Below are positions 32,290 to 34,898 of a stretch of 34,898 bases of DNA, in pieces. Source of the stretch: an uncultured Anaerolineae bacterium (lineage in GTDB: Bacteria > Chloroflexota > Anaerolineae > S140-20). The position numbers and the translations under genes are program-made. The stretch is taken from NCBI GenBank assembly GCA_964607235.1, contig CAZSJU010000004.1, positions 1-34,898 on the forward strand, read 5' to 3'. The notes beneath the pieces were generated by a model, which saw only the letters and a list, made by a program, of their open reading frames with translations, searched no databases and was not told the DNA's origin. Positions within the stretch are counted from its first letter, which is position 1, and each line of letters starts with the position of its first letter.

Positions 32290-32438
32290 CATGGGGCCAG
32301 CAATTCCAAATCTGTCATTGCGAGGAGCGTTTTTTTGCGACGAAGCAATCTCCAAACAGCGGAGGAGATTGCTTCGCCCCGGAAAAAGCGTCCGGGGCTC
32401 GCAATGACATCTCAAATTTGGAATTGCTGACATGGGGC
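32289..32438. mobile_element. MITE-like element: 132 bp with ~27-nt terminal inverted repeats and 9-bp direct flanking repeats
   Basis: ACATGGGGC occurs at 32289-32297 and again at 32430-32438. The left TIR is CAGCAATTCCAAATCTGTCATTGCGAG (32298-32324). The right end is CTCGCAATGACA[tctcaaa]TTTGGAATTGCTG (32398-32429), with 25 of 27 left-arm bases paired. The core holds two perfect hairpins (13 bp at 32341-32376 and 7 bp at 32377-32397) and no ORF. Confidence 0.7.
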
Positions 32439-32474
32439 GCGTCGCTATTACCATCGCGCGTCGCTATCACCATC
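32437..32474. repeat. tandem 19-mer direct repeat (2 units plus a partial third)
   Basis: GCGCGTCGCTATTACCATC followed by GCGCGTCGCTATCACCATC, then GCG. It ends 11 nt upstream of the -35 at 32486. Confidence 0.8.
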
Positions 32475-32485
32475 GCGGGACGTGA

Positions 32486-32514
32486 TTGCGATTCGTTGCC
32501 TGTTGTGCTAAAAT
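32486..32514 (+). promoter_or_regulatory. sigma70-type promoter for the UbiB-like gene
   Basis: TTGCGA (32486-32491), 17 nt, TAAAAT (32509-32514). Confidence 0.55.
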
Positions 32515-32614
32515 CGCTTCAGGTGTTGAACGTGGGTTTGTGTAGGGCGAGAGGTTGCTGGCGGACGCGAGAGTTGGGAACGGTCGTTAGGGACACAAGG
32601 AGAGCGGGAGATTG

Positions 32615-32647
32615 ATGCGTATTATATTGCCGAGTCGTGATGCCTGA
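32615..32647 (+). promoter_or_regulatory. candidate 10-codon leader uORF (MRIILPSRDA) overlapping the UbiB-like start
   Basis: The only strong SD in the leader (AAGGAGAGCGGGAG, 32597-32610) precedes the ATG at 32615. The uORF stop TGA (32645-32647) overlaps the main ATG (32640) in another frame. Confidence 0.35.
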
Positions 32648-34316
32648 CCGTCATCTGCGCCGGCGCTACTTTCGTATCCTATTTTTCGGGATGCGGCTCG
32701 TGCTCTCCCTGATCTTTTGGGAGGTCATCCTAAAGCGCATATTGGGCGAGCGCCTTGTGCGGCGCGGGACGATTCCCCGCCTGCGGCGCCTGGCGCGCGA
32801 CTTTCGCGCGTTGGCGGTCGAGATGGGTGGGGTCCTGATCAAGTTGGGGCAGTTTCTCAGCACCCGTGTGGATGTCTTGCCGGCCGAGGTGATCCAAGAG
32901 CTGGCTGGCTTGCAAGACGAGGTCCCACCAGAGCCGGTAGCGGTCATCCTGGCCCTGGTCGAGGCAGAGTTGGGACCGGTCGATCAGCTGTATGAATTTT
33001 TCGACCGGGACGTTCAGGCGGCGGCTTCGTTGGGCCAGGTCCACCAGGCGCGTTTGACCAACGGTGAGGCCGTGGTCGTCAAGGTACAACGGCCGGGCAT
33101 CGAGCGCTTGATCGACGTCGACCTGGCAGCGGTGCGGGTCGTGGCACGCTGGATTGGTCGCTATCCGCCCGTGCGTCGCCGCATGGACCTGTTGGCACTG
33201 TTGGATGAATTTGCCCATACCTTGTATCAAGAGCTGGACTATTTGGCCGAAGCTCGCAACGCTGAGATTTTTGCCAAAAACTTTGCGGGAAATCCCTTTA
33301 TCTATATTCCTGCGCCTTATTGGACGCACATCACCCGCCGGGTGCTCACGTTGGAAGACGTCAGCAGCATCAAGATCGCGGACATTGCGGGGATAGAGGC
33401 GGCCGGCATTGACCGCTCGGCGGTGGCACAGCGGCTTTTTCGCGCTTATCTGCAACAGGTGTTTTACGATGGCTTTTTTCACGCCGACCCGCACCCCGGC
33501 AACTTGTTCGTGCATCCCCTGGATTGGGGGCGCGACAATGGGGGCCTGCCGGGACGCCCTTTTTATCTGGTATTTGTGGATTTTGGCATGGTGGGCCATA
33601 TTACCCCAGCGGTCAAGGCCCAGTTGCGTGAGCTGGTCATCGCTTTGGGGACCCGTGACCCGGCGCGCCTGGTGAGCGCCTATCAGCGCCTGGGGTTCCT
33701 GTTGCCGGGGGCGGACCTGGCATTGATCGAGCGCGCCACCACGCGCGTCTTGGATCGTTTTTGGGACATCAGTATGGGAGAACTGGCCCAACTGGATTAC
33801 GAGGCTATGCTCGATTTGCTGCGTGAATTTCGTGACTTGCTCTACGATTTGCCCTTTCAGATCCCCCAAGACTTTATCTACCTGGGGCGGATGATGGGCA
33901 TCCTTTCAGGGATGGCAACCCAGATTGACCCGGACTTTAACGTGTTCGTCGAGGCGGAACCTTTTGCACGCCAGTTGCTCAGTGAGGAAATGGGCGGGGG
34001 ATGGGAGGCCCTGCGGCAAGAGGTAGAGCGTTGGACCCGCACGCTGTTCGGTTTACCCGGCCAGATTGACCTGGTGTTGACCAAGACTGCCCAGGGTAAA
34101 CTCGAGTTGCGCGTGGGGCCAGATTGGGAGGGCCGCCAGGCGGTGCAAAGGGTCGAGGTTGCGCTGGATCGATTGCTGTGGGGCATCGGCGGCAGTGCGT
34201 TGCTATTGTCCGGCGTGATTTTGGGCGTGAATGGGCAGACCGACGTGGCGCGCTGGCTCTACGGTGGCGCAGGAGCAGCGCTATTGCGGTTGCTTTGGTT
34301 GGGGCGGAGGGTGTGA
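32640..34316 (+). CDS. ABC1/UbiB family atypical kinase
   Basis: 558 aa (ATG at 32640; GTG at 32637 is also possible). Motifs: LIKLGQFLSTRVDVLPAEVIQELAGLQDEVPP, AASLGQVHQARL..GEAVVVKVQRPGI, FHADPHPGNLFV, and C-terminal TM helices. Confidence 0.85.
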   Translation: MPDRHLRRRYFRILFFGMRLVLSLIFWEVILKRILGERLVRRGTIPRLRRLARDFRALAVEMGGVLIKLGQFLSTRVDVLPAEVIQELAGLQDEVPPEPVAVILALVEAELGPVDQLYEFFDRDVQAAASLGQVHQARLTNGEAVVVKVQRPGIERLIDVDLAAVRVVARWIGRYPPVRRRMDLLALLDEFAHTLYQELDYLAEARNAEIFAKNFAGNPFIYIPAPYWTHITRRVLTLEDVSSIKIADIAGIEAAGIDRSAVAQRLFRAYLQQVFYDGFFHADPHPGNLFVHPLDWGRDNGGLPGRPFYLVFVDFGMVGHITPAVKAQLRELVIALGTRDPARLVSAYQRLGFLLPGADLALIERATTRVLDRFWDISMGELAQLDYEAMLDLLREFRDLLYDLPFQIPQDFIYLGRMMGILSGMATQIDPDFNVFVEAEPFARQLLSEEMGGGWEALRQEVERWTRTLFGLPGQIDLVLTKTAQGKLELRVGPDWEGRQAVQRVEVALDRLLWGIGGSALLLSGVILGVNGQTDVARWLYGGAGAALLRLLWLGRRV

Positions 34317-34322
34317 GCGCTT

Positions 34323-34898
34323 ATGTTGCTTGAAGGCCCTCGGGTCACGGTACGTCGTTTGGCGCGCGCGGACCTGGCGCAGATGGTGGCGCTGCGTCCA
34401 TTTCAAGACCCGCTGTACGCCGACGCCAACTGGATGCACCGCTCTCGACAAGATTTGGAGCGCTGGTACACCCACTATAGCCAGGACCCAAAGCGTTTGT
34501 TGTGCGCTGTGTTGGACAAGCGTGACCGGTTCATCGGCAGCATCACGCTGCGGCACATTGATGGACGGTGTTTGGCCCGCTTGGGCATTACTTTGGGGTC
34601 CGAGTTTGTGGATCGCGGCTATGGCAGTGAGGCTTTGACCTTGTTCCTGGACTATTATTTTGACGTGTTGGGTTTTGCCAAGATCGTGTTGGACGTGGCT
34701 GGATACAATCAGCGGGCCATTCACGTCTATCAAAAGTTAGGGTTTGTCACCGTTGAACAGCGGGAGCAATCTCTGGGCTGGGGTAAAAAGTGGGTTTTTC
34801 TCCAGGCGCCTCATTATACCGGGGCCCGGCGCTTTTTTCGTCGTGATTGGCTAGGCCGGCGCTGGATGCTGTGTTACGAGATGGCGCTAAAGCGTGAG
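34323..34898 (+). CDS. GNAT family N-acetyltransferase (RimJ/RimL-like), 3' end not reached within the window
   Basis: Not in the supplied ORF track because no stop occurs before the window end. My own translation from the ATG at 34323 is MLLEGPRVTVRRLARADLAQMVALRPFQDP...ITLGSEFVDRGYGSEALTLFLDYYFDVLGFAKIVLDVAGYNQRAIHVYQKLGF. It contains the acetyl-CoA motif A (RGxGxxA-like RGYGSEA). Confidence 0.7.
   Translation, partial: MLLEGPRVTVRRLARADLAQMVALRPFQDPLYADANWMHRSRQDLERWYTHYSQDPKRLLCAVLDKRDRFIGSITLRHIDGRCLARLGITLGSEFVDRGYGSEALTLFLDYYFDVLGFAKIVLDVAGYNQRAIHVYQKLGFVTVEQREQSLGWGKKWVFLQAPHYTGARRFFRRDWLGRRWMLCYEMALKRE

Noticed and set aside
31608-32348. 246-aa minus-strand ORF overlapping the kinase-like gene and running through its promoter and the MITE arm
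   Set aside because: It is an alternative frame of the kinase-like CDS, extends across a well-formed promoter and SD, and is Arg/Pro/Ala-rich.
16741-32479. CRISPR array check on the tandem repeats (10-mers at 16741-16780, 19-mers at 32437-32474)
   Set aside because: The units are directly abutting with no spacers, far shorter than CRISPR repeats and present in only 2-4 copies. No cas genes are in the window.
32730-33869. 379-aa ORF antisense to the UbiB-like gene
   Set aside because: The plus-strand ORF carries unmistakable ABC1/UbiB motifs. The antisense product is Gln/Arg/Leu-rich with no recognisable motif, as expected for a GC-rich antisense shadow frame.

Overview
A 34.9-kb GC-rich (judged by eye, not computed) bacterial chromosomal segment. 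I call 22 protein-coding genes (one runs off the right edge and is missing from the ORF track), one tRNA-Sec (selC) with its own promoter and terminator, one MITE-like element, and a set of sigma70-like promoters (TTGACx-N16-18-TAnnnT) in nearly every intergenic gap. The protein repertoire looks Chloroflexota-like, but that is a low-confidence inference. Housekeeping genes I recognise: hom, ppk1, pruA (P5C dehydrogenase), mutY, a UbiB/ABC1 kinase, a TlpA-like thioredoxin, a DUF427 protein and a Memo-like protein. Regions worth a second look, in my order of interest: (1) 92-3713, a PocR-sensor regulator, a consensus promoter with a ~280-nt leader, an unassignable 595-aa Gly/Ala-rich protein and a stand-alone LarC C-terminal domain; (2) 8961-17813, three tandem GT-C-type membrane glycosyltransferase-like genes carrying seven copies of a ~120-aa C-terminal module; (3) 28514-31248, an operon of two unknown proteins plus a ThrA-type homoserine-dehydrogenase paralog lacking the conserved NK lysine; (4) tRNA-Sec at 7107-7205; (5) a 132-bp MITE with 9-bp target-site duplication at 32289-32438; (6) a tandem-cyclase/STAND/TPR protein whose two cyclase domains have complementary active-site halves; (7) a 10-codon uORF overlapping the UbiB-like start codon. 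No rRNA, CRISPR array, integrase or transposase was seen. All family assignments rest on motif recognition from memory, with no database search.
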